DNA of 64,000 nucleotides from a virus, in the IMG/VR virus record IMGVR_UViG_3300045988_110030, positions 90,200 to 154,199 of that record, one strand, 5' to 3'. The stretch's first letter is position 1. The number at the start of each line of letters is the position of its first letter. Below the pieces are notes generated by a model. The model had not been told where the DNA came from, searched no databases, and saw only the letters and a list, made by a program, of their open reading frames with translations. A program made the translations under genes and the position numbers. Below, one piece after another: positions 38,279 through 47,674 of this stretch.

Positions 38279-38832
38279 TTCTTTTCCTCCTTATCTAATG
38301 GTATTAATCCTTTCCCGTGCTTATCATACCACAGCATAGCAATACAATTCCATGCGCATTGTGCAAGATGAAAAGCTCCTGTATCTGAGTCTATTCTTTT
38401 TCCTTTCATGTATTCCATTAGGTGTCTGGCAGCCGCAGCACGATACCGTTCAAACCCATTGTCAAGGTTCTGCCATTTATTGGGTCCGTACTTCTTGGCG
38501 CCAGCATGATAGACTCTTACAATGTCTTCAATCTCCTCCATTGGAAGCAAGTCCCATCGTAGTTTGTCGTCTATGATGTCATTCTTCACCGATTTATTTT
38601 CTACGGGGTCTTTGGAAAGAATAATATCCATAATATCCGTTTCTATGACGAACGTCTCCCCATTACAACAAACCTCAGCATATTTATCATTTACTTCTAT
38701 GTCTGATACTGCCTCCGCTATAGCTCCTTTGGCTATTTTAAATTCTGCACTGATTATATCATCTTTCAATATGCGAAAAATAGATCCTTTTGGATAAAGG
38801 ATATTTTTAGTGTTATCATCCATCTTTTCCAT
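38275..38832 (-). CDS. Possible MazG-like dATP/dGTP pyrophosphohydrolase-domain protein (185 aa).
   Basis: The C-terminal half, …VYHAGAKKYGPNKWQNLDNGFERYRAAAARHLMEY…, resembles the phage dNTP-pyrophosphohydrolase N-terminal domain family. The resemblance is weak. Confidence 0.4.
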   Translation of the reverse strand: MEKMDDNTKNILYPKGSIFRILKDDIISAEFKIAKGAIAEAVSDIEVNDKYAEVCCNGETFVIETDIMDIILSKDPVENKSVKNDIIDDKLRWDLLPMEEIEDIVRVYHAGAKKYGPNKWQNLDNGFERYRAAAARHLMEYMKGKRIDSDTGAFHLAQCAWNCIAMLWYDKHGKGLIPLDKEEKK

Positions 38833-38884
38833 TGTTTTATCGTTGTTTTACCTCATTTCTATAGTAATATAATCCATCTTCGTC

Positions 38885-39172
38885 TTACACTCTATCATTC
38901 CTGTTATTCTCAAAATATTGTCTTACGGCTTCAATCGCCTTATCGTCATCAAAAACCTCTACAAATTCCTCATAGAATCTATTTCGTTCCATAGAGAACG
39001 TGTTGCTTCCTTCCGGAATGGTCCTGAATACAACTACCTTCTCTCCATCTACGTTCGTTCCTATGATGTTATTGTGAAGAATAATAGAATACCGCCCAGA
39101 GTTTTTGTTCTGGACGACACTATGTTCGAGATTGTAGAGTCTAAGTAGTTCTCTTATTTCTTTTACTCCCAT
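38885..39172 (-). CDS. Hypothetical protein (95 aa).
   Basis: ORF. Confidence 0.4.
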   Translation of the reverse strand: MGVKEIRELLRLYNLEHSVVQNKNSGRYSIILHNNIIGTNVDGEKVVVFRTIPEGSNTFSMERNRFYEEFVEVFDDDKAIEAVRQYFENNRNDRV

Positions 39173-39173
39173 A

Positions 39174-39941
39174 TTATTTTACGTTTTTAGAAGTTACAGC
39201 CTCTTCTCCCCATTTCTTTACATATATAGATCTCATCATGTTCATTAAATTAGAGAAAGAAGAGATGGTTCCCATCTCTATGCAGAATGCAAGATTAGAC
39301 TGTAGGGTTTCAAGTTCTTTCAACTGCTCCTGTGTAGCCCTATTTCTTATCATGCTTTCATGCTCATTAAATACAATCCAATTTAAGCCTTTAGCCATCT
39401 TGGAGTAATCGGCATCCGGAAATCTTGATATAGCTCTTGACAAGACATTGTATTTATCACCTGCCTCTATTCGGTTTAAGATAAGCTTATCTGTTAACCA
39501 CGTAACAACCTCAGCATACAACATAGGGTTTAGTTCCATAGCTACAAGCACCCATATATATGGATTACACATAGTTCTCCTATTCTCTCCTCTACCCATT
39601 GTCTTATAAGCTCCCATTTTTTTCATCACTTTTATAAGTGACTCTTTTTCAACAGATTGTATAAAACCAGGAAATCCTGATTCTATCTTATATCCTTGTT
39701 TTTCAAGGATATAGTAAACACGTTCCGCACTCTCCTTATTAGATAGGATATTCTCTATTCTCTTTTCATTCCACCCCATCTCAACCCTCTTCTTCGTATA
39801 GGCTTCCTGAAGGTCTGTTAAGGACATAAACGAAGTTTTAGTGTCCTGCTTAATTATTACGCCAAATAATTCTCGGTCTTTTGATACCATTGTAACATTT
39901 GTTTTCATAAAATATAACACATAAAAAATAATACGATACAA
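39174..39941 (-). CDS. KilA-N-like DNA-binding-domain protein (255 aa).
   Basis: N-terminal region …FMSLTDLQEAY…GENRRTMCNPYIWVLVAMELNPMLYAEVVTWL… resembles KilA-N/APSES-type domains. Assigned with low certainty. Confidence 0.4.
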   Translation of the reverse strand: MYRIIFYVLYFMKTNVTMVSKDRELFGVIIKQDTKTSFMSLTDLQEAYTKKRVEMGWNEKRIENILSNKESAERVYYILEKQGYKIESGFPGFIQSVEKESLIKVMKKMGAYKTMGRGENRRTMCNPYIWVLVAMELNPMLYAEVVTWLTDKLILNRIEAGDKYNVLSRAISRFPDADYSKMAKGLNWIVFNEHESMIRNRATQEQLKELETLQSNLAFCIEMGTISSFSNLMNMMRSIYVKKWGEEAVTSKNVK

Positions 39942-40005
39942 AAATATGTATCGTATTATATCTATACAAATATATTGTGTTAAATTTTATGGTTGTATTT
40001 TTATA

Positions 40006-40368
40006 TTATGCGCCTATGGCTGCCTCTAAATTTCCTATAATATCAGTTTCTATCTCATCGATTTTATCATCAATGGTTGAAACCGCATTCTCTAAATCCC
40101 CTACAATACTTTCCATATCATCAACAACCGCCTCCATATTAGCTACAGCCTCATCTGATTGATAATATCTTTCTGTATCTTGTAACGACTCCGGCATATT
40201 GTCTCTTGATTCTGTCTCTTCATCTAAAATCATATCAACATCATCCTTGGCTGAATCCAAATTATGCCTAACCTCTGACAGCTTTGATTTGATAAACTCA
40301 AGATCTGTTTTATGCTTTTCCAAATTGGAAATAATATCCTCTATTTTCTTACGTCTTTTGCTGTTCAT
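40006..40368 (-). CDS. Hypothetical acidic coiled-coil protein (120 aa).
   Basis: ORF. Confidence 0.45.
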   Translation of the reverse strand: MNSKRRKKIEDIISNLEKHKTDLEFIKSKLSEVRHNLDSAKDDVDMILDEETESRDNMPESLQDTERYYQSDEAVANMEAVVDDMESIVGDLENAVSTIDDKIDEIETDIIGNLEAAIGA

Positions 40369-41786
40369 GCTTTTATTCTATTATAATATTCGATAATCTT
40401 TTCTTTTCTATCTCCTGGTTTTACTGCCATATTCTCAGCCAAGAACCTAAAATACGACACCGGTATGTCCTTGAATCTAATTCCTTCATATTTTCCAAAC
40501 CACATTATTATACTGTCAAGATCGTCTTCTCTCCTACCATCTCCATTTACGGATTTAAGCGAGGCTGCCCGGCGAAGGATCTCGTCTTTGGTAATAATAT
40601 CACCCATCCTTATATTGGACAGAAGTTGATCGCCGGCAAACATACACCATCCCTTAGAAGGAAATTGTTCGATCGTTAAATCTTCTATCCGGCCGAAACG
40701 CCTCATGTTGTCGCAGCAATCAACTATCAGTGCCTCTTTCTTGTCAGGATGGATGCGGACGGCTCGGCCTACAATTTGATAGAATACTGAATATGAGAAC
40801 GTTGGTCGTCCAAACATCACACAATCAAGTTCAGGAAAATCAAATCCGGTAGCAAGCGTTGAATAATTAAACACGACCTTTAACTTACCTTCTTTGAAAT
40901 CGGATATGATTTGCTCTCTTTTCTTTTTGGTTGTTAGCGATGTTACGACACCTGTTATGGCTCCCATCCTGGCATTCATGAACTCGGATATTCTATTACA
41001 TGATTCGATAGAATCCATGCAAACCAAAATGGCTTTACGCTCGTTCATAAGTTGAAGAAGGCGCTTGTAGATAGAGTTGTTTAAGCCGTTTCGTACAATG
41101 CTTTCTTTAATAGATTCGTTGGTGTATTCGGCTCCGGTACTGTTTAACATCAGAGCCGATTCATCAAACGACCATCGTTCGTACTTAAGTGGACACCAAA
41201 ACCCTTGAGAAGTTAGTTCTTGTATTTGAGTCACATGAACTATTTTCTTGAAGAAGTTATGCTCGTCTTTCGTCAGCATATTGAGCTTGCTGTAGTTTCC
41301 TTCCAGCATGGAACTGTAGGTTCGGAGGCGGCAGGGAGTGGCGGTGAAGCCCAGCACCTTCGCCTCTGGGAACCTGTTCATAAACTCCATAAATTCAGAA
41401 CCTTCTTCAGGAGAATACCCGCTATGCACCTCATCTATCAATAATGTGTCTATCCCTATATCTTTCAACCTTGCTACGTCTTTCTTTATGCTTTTAAGTG
41501 TAGCATAAGTCATAGCCGATAACTCTTTTTTTTTACATGAAGCAGAATATATGGTAGGTTTAGAACCGAATGATACAGCCTTCGCATAATTCTGCTCCAG
41601 AATCTCTTTAGATGGCTGTAATACAAGGATAGGTCTTTTTAATTCATGAGCTATCTTGCTAATTATCAAAGACTTCCCCGCTGCACACGGCAAGACTTCT
41701 ATGCCAGGCTTCTTAGATCTTCCTGTAAGGAACTTAAGCCCGGCATCTACTGCCTCTTTTTGGTAAGGTCTAAGTTCAAAGCCCAT
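40365..41786 (-). CDS. Superfamily-2 DEAD/DEAH-box helicase (473 aa).
   Basis: Walker A is LPCAAGKS. The DEAH-like motif is LIDEVH. Motif III is GFTATP. Motif VI is QIVGRAVR. Confidence 0.8.
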   Translation of the reverse strand: MGFELRPYQKEAVDAGLKFLTGRSKKPGIEVLPCAAGKSLIISKIAHELKRPILVLQPSKEILEQNYAKAVSFGSKPTIYSASCKKKELSAMTYATLKSIKKDVARLKDIGIDTLLIDEVHSGYSPEEGSEFMEFMNRFPEAKVLGFTATPCRLRTYSSMLEGNYSKLNMLTKDEHNFFKKIVHVTQIQELTSQGFWCPLKYERWSFDESALMLNSTGAEYTNESIKESIVRNGLNNSIYKRLLQLMNERKAILVCMDSIESCNRISEFMNARMGAITGVVTSLTTKKKREQIISDFKEGKLKVVFNYSTLATGFDFPELDCVMFGRPTFSYSVFYQIVGRAVRIHPDKKEALIVDCCDNMRRFGRIEDLTIEQFPSKGWCMFAGDQLLSNIRMGDIITKDEILRRAASLKSVNGDGRREDDLDSIIMWFGKYEGIRFKDIPVSYFRFLAENMAVKPGDRKEKIIEYYNRIKA

Positions 41787-42153
41787 CGCAATCTATTTTA
41801 CTGTTTTTTGAAAGTTCTATTATCGCCTCTTTCAACATCTCCCTTGCTTTATCTTCGTTATCTTCAAGCAAGCATACACTGCACGATATGCCCATACGAT
41901 CCCCATAAGCCTCGGCATTACCTAATGTGAATGCGCAGCAGTAATCATAATCCATGTTTTTTGCTACGGCAATAAACTGATTATCTTCTATCAGTACAGC
42001 ATATTCAGCATCAGTTTCACACATGATAATGGCTTTATCTTTTTTTATAGACAACACCTTGTTTCTGAAAAGTCCGTTATAAATCCATAGTTCTTTTCCT
42101 GTATTTTTATAAAACACAGCCATATCTTCCTTGATTGTGACTTCTTTTTTCAT
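41776..42153 (-). CDS. Hypothetical protein (125 aa).
   Basis: ORF. Confidence 0.45.
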   Translation of the reverse strand: MKKEVTIKEDMAVFYKNTGKELWIYNGLFRNKVLSIKKDKAIIMCETDAEYAVLIEDNQFIAVAKNMDYDYCCAFTLGNAEAYGDRMGISCSVCLLEDNEDKAREMLKEAIIELSKNSKIDCDGL

Positions 42154-42156
42154 GAC

Positions 42157-42486
42157 TTACTTGTGTTTAACATCAGTAATTAAAATGTATTTTTTAACAA
42201 TATCTTCAAGACTCACAGAAGAACGTATATATGGTTTTTCTTCGTACTCATATAGAACGTACCCTTCTTTTATGTCTAATATCTTAATCACATGCTTGCC
42301 TCTTTCAAATGGATCCTCAAAGTAGTTCTTATGTTCGTATCTTTGACCTACTTTGATTTTGTCAGTTTTCTTCTTCATCTTATAACGATCTACTGCTCTA
42401 CCTGTTTTTATGAAAGCTGTCGTGAGCAAGTATAATAAAACTAAATACAAAAGGATCGCTACTCCACATATTAGATCTTCTTTCAT
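42157..42486 (-). CDS. Hypothetical membrane-anchored protein (109 aa) with an N-terminal TM.
   Basis: ORF. Confidence 0.4.
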   Translation of the reverse strand: MKEDLICGVAILLYLVLLYLLTTAFIKTGRAVDRYKMKKKTDKIKVGQRYEHKNYFEDPFERGKHVIKILDIKEGYVLYEYEEKPYIRSSVSLEDIVKKYILITDVKHK

Positions 42487-42652
42487 TGGACTCCCTTTAA
42501 GTAGTTAAACCATATATCCTCCAGCTTCTCCTGAAGTTCAAATGCTTTCTTGAAATTCCCACATCTTACAGCAACGTCTCTCATGTATTCTACGTTTATA
42601 ACTTCCGGATCTTGCCGGTATTTTGTTCTTAACTTTTGAACGTCCTCGTATT

Positions 42653-43672
42653 TCATCGTTTTATCTTTTTAGACGGATCCCAATCCGAAGAGAAAGGGCA
42701 TTCGTTTTTGTTATGTAATCCAAAGTCACAATAGTAACACAGTGCTGACGGGCAGGGTAGCTTGTTTTGCGGAACAGGCTGGCTTAGGGTGGCACGCCGC
42801 TTGCTATACCTGGCTCCTTCTGCTCCCTGGATGTATGCCTGAAATGTTTTTACACTATTATCTTCAAAATCATACATTTTAGACAAAGTGTCATTTAGCA
42901 TCTCTATAGATTTTGTTTTACGTTCCTCATCCACCTTAACCTTTTGGTATTGTCTGGTCCTGGTAAAGAAATAGATGTTCATATCTGGAAGAACTCCACC
43001 ATATTTTCTATAGATGTAAAATGAATATATAGGATGCTGTAAATTCGTTTCCAACTTCTTAGAATCAAAAACCTTATTACCTGATTTCCAATCTATGACA
43101 TAATGGTGAACTACGTTCTTGCTTTTTATAGCCAGATGAAGGTCTACCGATCCTACTATGTACACATGAGTATGAATTACTCCATTTATGTTAACAGGCT
43201 TAGGAAGACGGTACGGCAGCACAAAATCTTCTTCGACTCCAACTATAGCGCCGTGTCTGATAAGTTTCTCGCAGGGATTAAGATCACTATCAGCTATCAT
43301 AAACCTATTGCCGTCTTTTTTGAACAGATCCACAATCCAAGCAAGAAGCTCTCCAGATTGCTTCATGGCTATCATCATATTTTCCGGTGATTGCCAAGGT
43401 ATGTCTTCTTGGTAAGCATAGTAACTTATAGCTTCCCCCAGGTCTTTGCCAGAAGGCTGTCTTCCGTTCTTGAAGAAGTATTCCAGTGTCTTATGAATAA
43501 CCGTACCATAAGACGTAGCTTCTTGTTTTTCCGTAGACCTTTTGCCCTCCACGTAAGTTTTATACCATTTCATTGGACAAGTAAGAAACGTATCTATCTG
43601 GGAATAAGATATGGCAAGACGTTTCACACCATTAAACTCCTTATATAGCAAATGCGTTTCCGGGACCATCAT
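42653..43672 (-). CDS. RecB/Cas4-family PD-(D/E)XK nuclease with a C-terminal Cys cluster.
   Basis: The N-terminal motif is YSQIDTFLTCPMKWY. The DxK motif is VIDWKSG. The C-terminal cysteines (CPSALCYYC…ECP) resemble the Fe-S-binding tail of Cas4/AddB-type nucleases. Confidence 0.65.
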   Translation of the reverse strand: MMVPETHLLYKEFNGVKRLAISYSQIDTFLTCPMKWYKTYVEGKRSTEKQEATSYGTVIHKTLEYFFKNGRQPSGKDLGEAISYYAYQEDIPWQSPENMMIAMKQSGELLAWIVDLFKKDGNRFMIADSDLNPCEKLIRHGAIVGVEEDFVLPYRLPKPVNINGVIHTHVYIVGSVDLHLAIKSKNVVHHYVIDWKSGNKVFDSKKLETNLQHPIYSFYIYRKYGGVLPDMNIYFFTRTRQYQKVKVDEERKTKSIEMLNDTLSKMYDFEDNSVKTFQAYIQGAEGARYSKRRATLSQPVPQNKLPCPSALCYYCDFGLHNKNECPFSSDWDPSKKIKR

Positions 43673-44028
43673 AAGTCATTGTCTTTAAATCCTTCCGGGT
43701 AATATACGACATACTTCTTACCGTCTTCTGGTGTCATGGCAAACTGCATGTAGTTATTACGATTACGATGCTTGCCATCCAATCCTCGTTTCCAATACAG
43801 GATACCGTCTATATCCACATAAGATCGGCCGCGGTCGGCTCTAACCACGTCCGTGTGTAGCAGATACCCGTCGGAAGACACAATCCATGCTTTATCCCCT
43901 TTGTTTAAATAAGATATTCTTTTTCTTACAACAACCTTTTTCTTATTATCCAATACAAATTCCTCATCCGTCATATTCTTCATCCTCCTCTTCTTCTGTT
44001 TCAAAATCAATTCCATAACACTGATCAT
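43669..44028 (-). CDS. Hypothetical protein (~100-119 aa). The likely start is the internal MTDEEFV….
   Basis: ORF. Its start is overlapped by a 35-aa acidic mini-ORF (MDFGQDLEPEELTGHYDQCYGIDFETEEEEDEEYDG) at ~43980-44087 on the minus strand. Confidence 0.45.
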   Translation of the reverse strand: MISVMELILKQKKRRMKNMTDEEFVLDNKKKVVVRKRISYLNKGDKAWIVSSDGYLLHTDVVRADRGRSYVDIDGILYWKRGLDGKHRNRNNYMQFAMTPEDGKKYVVYYPEGFKDNDL

Positions 44029-44071
44029 AATGTCCGGTCAGTTCTTCTGGTTCTAAATCTTGTCCAAAATC

Positions 44072-44113
44072 CATATTAAAAATATATTAATACATATTAA
44101 AAATATATTAATC
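44072..44113. repeat. Tandem 21-bp direct repeat (CATATTAAAAATATATTAATA / CATATTAAAAATATATTAATC) in the intergenic region upstream of the 43669-44028 gene.
   Basis: Directly read. Two perfect copies apart from the last base. Confidence 0.6.
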
Positions 44114-44212
44114 AATAAAGCACTAAAAATCACTATTCCTGCTGGCATGAAATCTATAAATGCAGCTTTTGCTTCTTCAATTAGGCCCAAGTGTAACCTT
44201 GGGCCATTGTAT

Positions 44213-45913
44213 TTATTTTTTGTCATCTCCTTTTAACTTCTTTAAAGTATCTGCAATCGGAAGCTGATCAATGACTCCCAATGCCGGAGCGACGGTCTTA
44301 ACAACATTGTTAAGGAAATTACCGGTACTGTTCTGACCGCCGTCAAATACCGTGATGTTTCCGAGGTTAATGTGCTCGAACGCCTTAACCTGTTCTCCAG
44401 CAATTTCTTTCCACTGATTAACCATCTTGTACTGGATGGCTATCTGAGGATTGGATTCTGCTGCTTCCACCATAGCCTTAAATCCGTCGGCTTCTGCCAT
44501 CAACGACTTTTTCTTACCTTCGGCTTCTGCCTCCAGCTTCATCTGAATAGCTTTTGCTTCCGCTTCTGCTTTTGCCAAATGTGCTGCTGCTTCGGCATCA
44601 GCCCGGCGTTTGATCTTCTCAGCTTCAGCATCAGCTTGCAACATAGCCTCCTGCTTCTGAATTTCAGCCGGCACAATCTTTTCAGCTTTAAGCGCAGCTT
44701 GAACCTTCTTAGCTTTAGCTTCTTCCACTTCTTTATCAGCAAGCTCTTTTGCCGTTTTTACAGCCGCTTCCGACTTAACCCTCTCTTCTCCAGCCTTCTT
44801 TTCTGATTGAGCTTTGATAACCTGTAATTCTGATTCTGATACAGCAACCTCTTTCTGGGCATTGTTATAACCCACAGATGCGTTTTTCTCAGCTTCAGCT
44901 TTCTTGATCTGAGCTTCGGAGTCTTGGATTGCTATAGCTGCTTGTTTATCAGCCTCAGCCTTATTCTTTCCGACTTCTTCCATTCTTTCAGCCTCAGCTT
45001 TGTTTACCTCAAGTTCTGCCTTAGATCTTGCGATCGCTGATTCCTTATCAGCCAAAGTCTTTGCAATAACCGCAGCCCTATCTCTATCGGCTTGAGCTAC
45101 ACCGATCTGTTTTTCTTTATCGGTTAAAGCCAAAGCTACTTCTTTTTCTTTCTTTGTTTCAGCTACTACCGTTTCCTTTTCTTTTTCAGTATAGGCAATT
45201 TGAATCTCTTGCTCTTTTTGGGTATTAGCTACAGCCGTTTCTTTTTCCTTTTGCTGTACAGCAATCTTAATAGCACCCAGCTTTTCCTGTTCTTCGATAT
45301 TAGCCTGTGCTTCGTTCAGGGCCTTACTTTCAGCTTCTTTGCCAAGATTCATGATATAGCCGGCTTCGTCTCTGATGTCACTGATGTTGATATTTAGGAG
45401 GTAAAGGCCTAACTTATTAAGTTCGTTATCAATGTTTTTTCTTGCCTTATCCAAAAACTCATCCCTGTCAGAATTAAGTTTTTCAATCGTCATTTCAGCA
45501 ATGATCAAACGCATTTGGCCATAAACGATATCCGTAATAAGATTTTCAGTAGATTCAGTATCCATCCCCAAAAGCCTTTCTGCTGCATTCTGCATAATTT
45601 CAGGATTTGTGCTGATTGCTACTGTAATAGTAGTAGGTACATCCACTCTGATATTTTGAGACGACAAAGCACCGGTGAGCCTACAATCTATTTGCATAGG
45701 CTCCATAGACAAAATATCATAGCTTTGAATAATAGGCAAGACGAATGCCGCTCCACCATGATATAATTTCGCCGATTTCTTTTCCCCACCTGTCTTACCA
45801 TAAACGACCAAGACTTGATTAGGCTTACATCTACGATACCTTGATAAGACTCCGATGATTGTCAAAATAATCACTACAGCTAAAATAGCTGACACGTACA
45901 TGATTGTTGTCAT
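44213..45913 (-). CDS. Flotillin-like SPFH/band-7 domain protein (566 aa), bacterial FloT/YuaG-like.
   Basis: An N-terminal TM is followed by an SPFH domain (…VLVVYGKTGGEKKSAKLYHGGAAFVLPIIQSYDILSMEP…). A very long Glu/Ala/Lys-rich coiled coil (EA repeats) and a flotillin-type C-terminal domain follow. It sits directly downstream of an NfeD-like gene, as in yuaF-floT operons. Confidence 0.8.
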   Translation of the reverse strand: MTTIMYVSAILAVVIILTIIGVLSRYRRCKPNQVLVVYGKTGGEKKSAKLYHGGAAFVLPIIQSYDILSMEPMQIDCRLTGALSSQNIRVDVPTTITVAISTNPEIMQNAAERLLGMDTESTENLITDIVYGQMRLIIAEMTIEKLNSDRDEFLDKARKNIDNELNKLGLYLLNINISDIRDEAGYIMNLGKEAESKALNEAQANIEEQEKLGAIKIAVQQKEKETAVANTQKEQEIQIAYTEKEKETVVAETKKEKEVALALTDKEKQIGVAQADRDRAAVIAKTLADKESAIARSKAELEVNKAEAERMEEVGKNKAEADKQAAIAIQDSEAQIKKAEAEKNASVGYNNAQKEVAVSESELQVIKAQSEKKAGEERVKSEAAVKTAKELADKEVEEAKAKKVQAALKAEKIVPAEIQKQEAMLQADAEAEKIKRRADAEAAAHLAKAEAEAKAIQMKLEAEAEGKKKSLMAEADGFKAMVEAAESNPQIAIQYKMVNQWKEIAGEQVKAFEHINLGNITVFDGGQNSTGNFLNNVVKTVAPALGVIDQLPIADTLKKLKGDDKK

Positions 45914-45944
45914 AACTTTTAAAATTTAATTGTTGATAAAAAAA

Positions 45945-46439
45945 TTAGATACTTAATTCTCCTTCTTCGTATTTTATATTCACCTTGTCACCGTTTTTGT
46001 AATTTTTCCCAGACAAGCATCTTACTCTTATTTGTTCCTGTCTTCCATTTCTGGTAATATTTACCATATAATGATCTTTCCCTGATCTAAATATTATTTC
46101 CACTTCTCTACCATTTAAATCTTCTGGACATTCGTATATTGTTTCTTGTTTTAGCTTAAGAAGTAACTTATATACATAAAACAAAACGATAAAGAAAAAT
46201 AACCCTATTACGGCCCCTACTAAATGGGAACCTGAAAAGTAGGTAGTCCAGCTATATCCAAGAATAAAATGCGTTATACCTTTGAATGATATGATGTCCG
46301 ACAAAGACATACTTAAATCAGAAGCGCCATCAATGTCAATATCCGTATCCAGATCAGATCCTAATATCGACAATAAAAACTGTATAACAAAAGCAAATGA
46401 TGCTATTAAAGCCATGCATAAAATTATATCATTTCCCAT
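45945..46439 (-). CDS. NfeD-like membrane protein (164 aa), the short YuaF-type flotillin partner.
   Basis: Hydrophobic N-terminal TM helices are followed by a C-terminal beta-rich, OB-fold-like domain. The gene is immediately upstream of the flotillin gene in the same orientation. Confidence 0.65.
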   Translation of the reverse strand: MGNDIILCMALIASFAFVIQFLLSILGSDLDTDIDIDGASDLSMSLSDIISFKGITHFILGYSWTTYFSGSHLVGAVIGLFFFIVLFYVYKLLLKLKQETIYECPEDLNGREVEIIFRSGKDHYMVNITRNGRQEQIRVRCLSGKNYKNGDKVNIKYEEGELSI

Positions 46440-46680
46440 GTCCTTCTGTTTTTATTTTGTAAACAAGATCAGTCATATCTTTGATGGATTTAATATTGTC
46501 ATCATTAACAACAATATTGAATTTTTGTTCCACCATCATCTCGAGTTCAATTTGATCAAGAGAATCTAATCCAAGTTCTTCAAACGACACATCTTCTTCA
46601 TGAACTATATCCATTTCCGAATTAAGAAACTGAGTAATAATTATATCCTCTATTATCTTTCTGATTTCTACTTTTTCCAT
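46429..46680 (-). CDS. Acyl carrier protein (83 aa).
   Basis: The phosphopantetheine attachment motif (…EELGLDSLDQIELEMMVEQKF…) is present on a small acidic protein. The gene overlaps the NfeD start by 11 nt. Confidence 0.7.
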   Translation of the reverse strand: MEKVEIRKIIEDIIITQFLNSEMDIVHEEDVSFEELGLDSLDQIELEMMVEQKFNIVVNDDNIKSIKDMTDLVYKIKTEGHGK

Positions 46681-47381
46681 TGCTTTCTAATTTTATTAAA
46701 TAAATACGTTTTTATGTTTTTCAACCTCTCTTTGTCTGTTTCCGAACTTCCGGTAAACAAATAATCCGGATTTCCTTTAGCCGGCGGCGTAGGCAATTTA
46801 GATACGGCAAACAACCAATCCATTTCCTTATTCTTCTTAGACTCCAAATAAGGCTCGGTAGCGATCTTAAATTTTTCAGCTATTAAGTCAAAGAGCTTTG
46901 AGTTTTTAAGGTTCATATGGACTGAAAAAGCCTGAGAAGGCGGTTTCCATATGAAGTTACATAAGCTCATTGTGTAATCTCCTGACTCTGCTATATAAGA
47001 TTCTGTTACCTGAAGTATGACCTCTTTCTTAAATGAGGTGTTACCCATAAACCAACACAATCTGGATTCCGCTTCTTTTCTGCTGACACCTATGTCTTTT
47101 GAATATGATTCGTACATTCCTATCATAATCTTCAACGTTTCCAGAATCTCGTCCGTCATTTCCGGTGTCTCTATATAATTCACAAAAGACGTTCCTTTGT
47201 TGGTTAATCTCATCACGCCTGATTTTAATTTCTCAACCAGGCCAAGTTCTATATATCTACCAGTATCTTCTTCCGGCATGGCTTCGATCATAACCGTATC
47301 CTTCTGTCTTATGGCAAGAAGATTGGCAAGATCATTAGGAGTCATATCTGATGCTGCAAGTTGTCTGAAATTGATGTACAT
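46668..47381 (-). CDS. Hypothetical protein (237 aa) in the same operon as ACP–NfeD–flotillin.
   Basis: ORF; 13-nt overlap with the ACP gene. Confidence 0.5.
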   Translation of the reverse strand: MYINFRQLAASDMTPNDLANLLAIRQKDTVMIEAMPEEDTGRYIELGLVEKLKSGVMRLTNKGTSFVNYIETPEMTDEILETLKIMIGMYESYSKDIGVSRKEAESRLCWFMGNTSFKKEVILQVTESYIAESGDYTMSLCNFIWKPPSQAFSVHMNLKNSKLFDLIAEKFKIATEPYLESKKNKEMDWLFAVSKLPTPPAKGNPDYLFTGSSETDKERLKNIKTYLFNKIRKQWKK

Positions 47382-47383
47382 AC

Positions 47384-47674
47384 CTAATCAGCTTTAATGA
47401 AAATAACATCCTTGTCATCCTCCCTCTCTGCGTGATTACACGGACCTGCAATCACATCCACTGCCCCGCATGTAAAGTAATTAAATATACATCCTTCACA
47501 TCCTGAATCTGGTGCCGGAGCTTCCACACATTTTAATCTTACAAGTCCGGCAGTAAACGTTTCTCCTACTTTAAATTCCTTCTTTTCCATATATCCTCCT
47601 TGTTTTTTAACTGTTGTACCCTTCTTTGATAATCGAATTTCTACCGGTAGATACCGACTGTCGAAGATCGTCAT
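47384..47674 (-). CDS. Hypothetical Cys-rich small protein (96 aa).
   Basis: ORF. Confidence 0.35.
   Translation of the reverse strand: MTIFDSRYLPVEIRLSKKGTTVKKQGGYMEKKEFKVGETFTAGLVRLKCVEAPAPDSGCEGCIFNYFTCGAVDVIAGPCNHAEREDDKDVIFIKAD

Noticed and set aside
44372-45766. Plus-strand ORFs (44372-44806, 45200-45397, 45515-45766) and the minus-strand 44539-44742 ORF inside the flotillin gene.
   Set aside because: The repetitive EA-rich coiled-coil coding sequence generates long antisense and alternative-frame ORFs. The flotillin frame has clear domain support.
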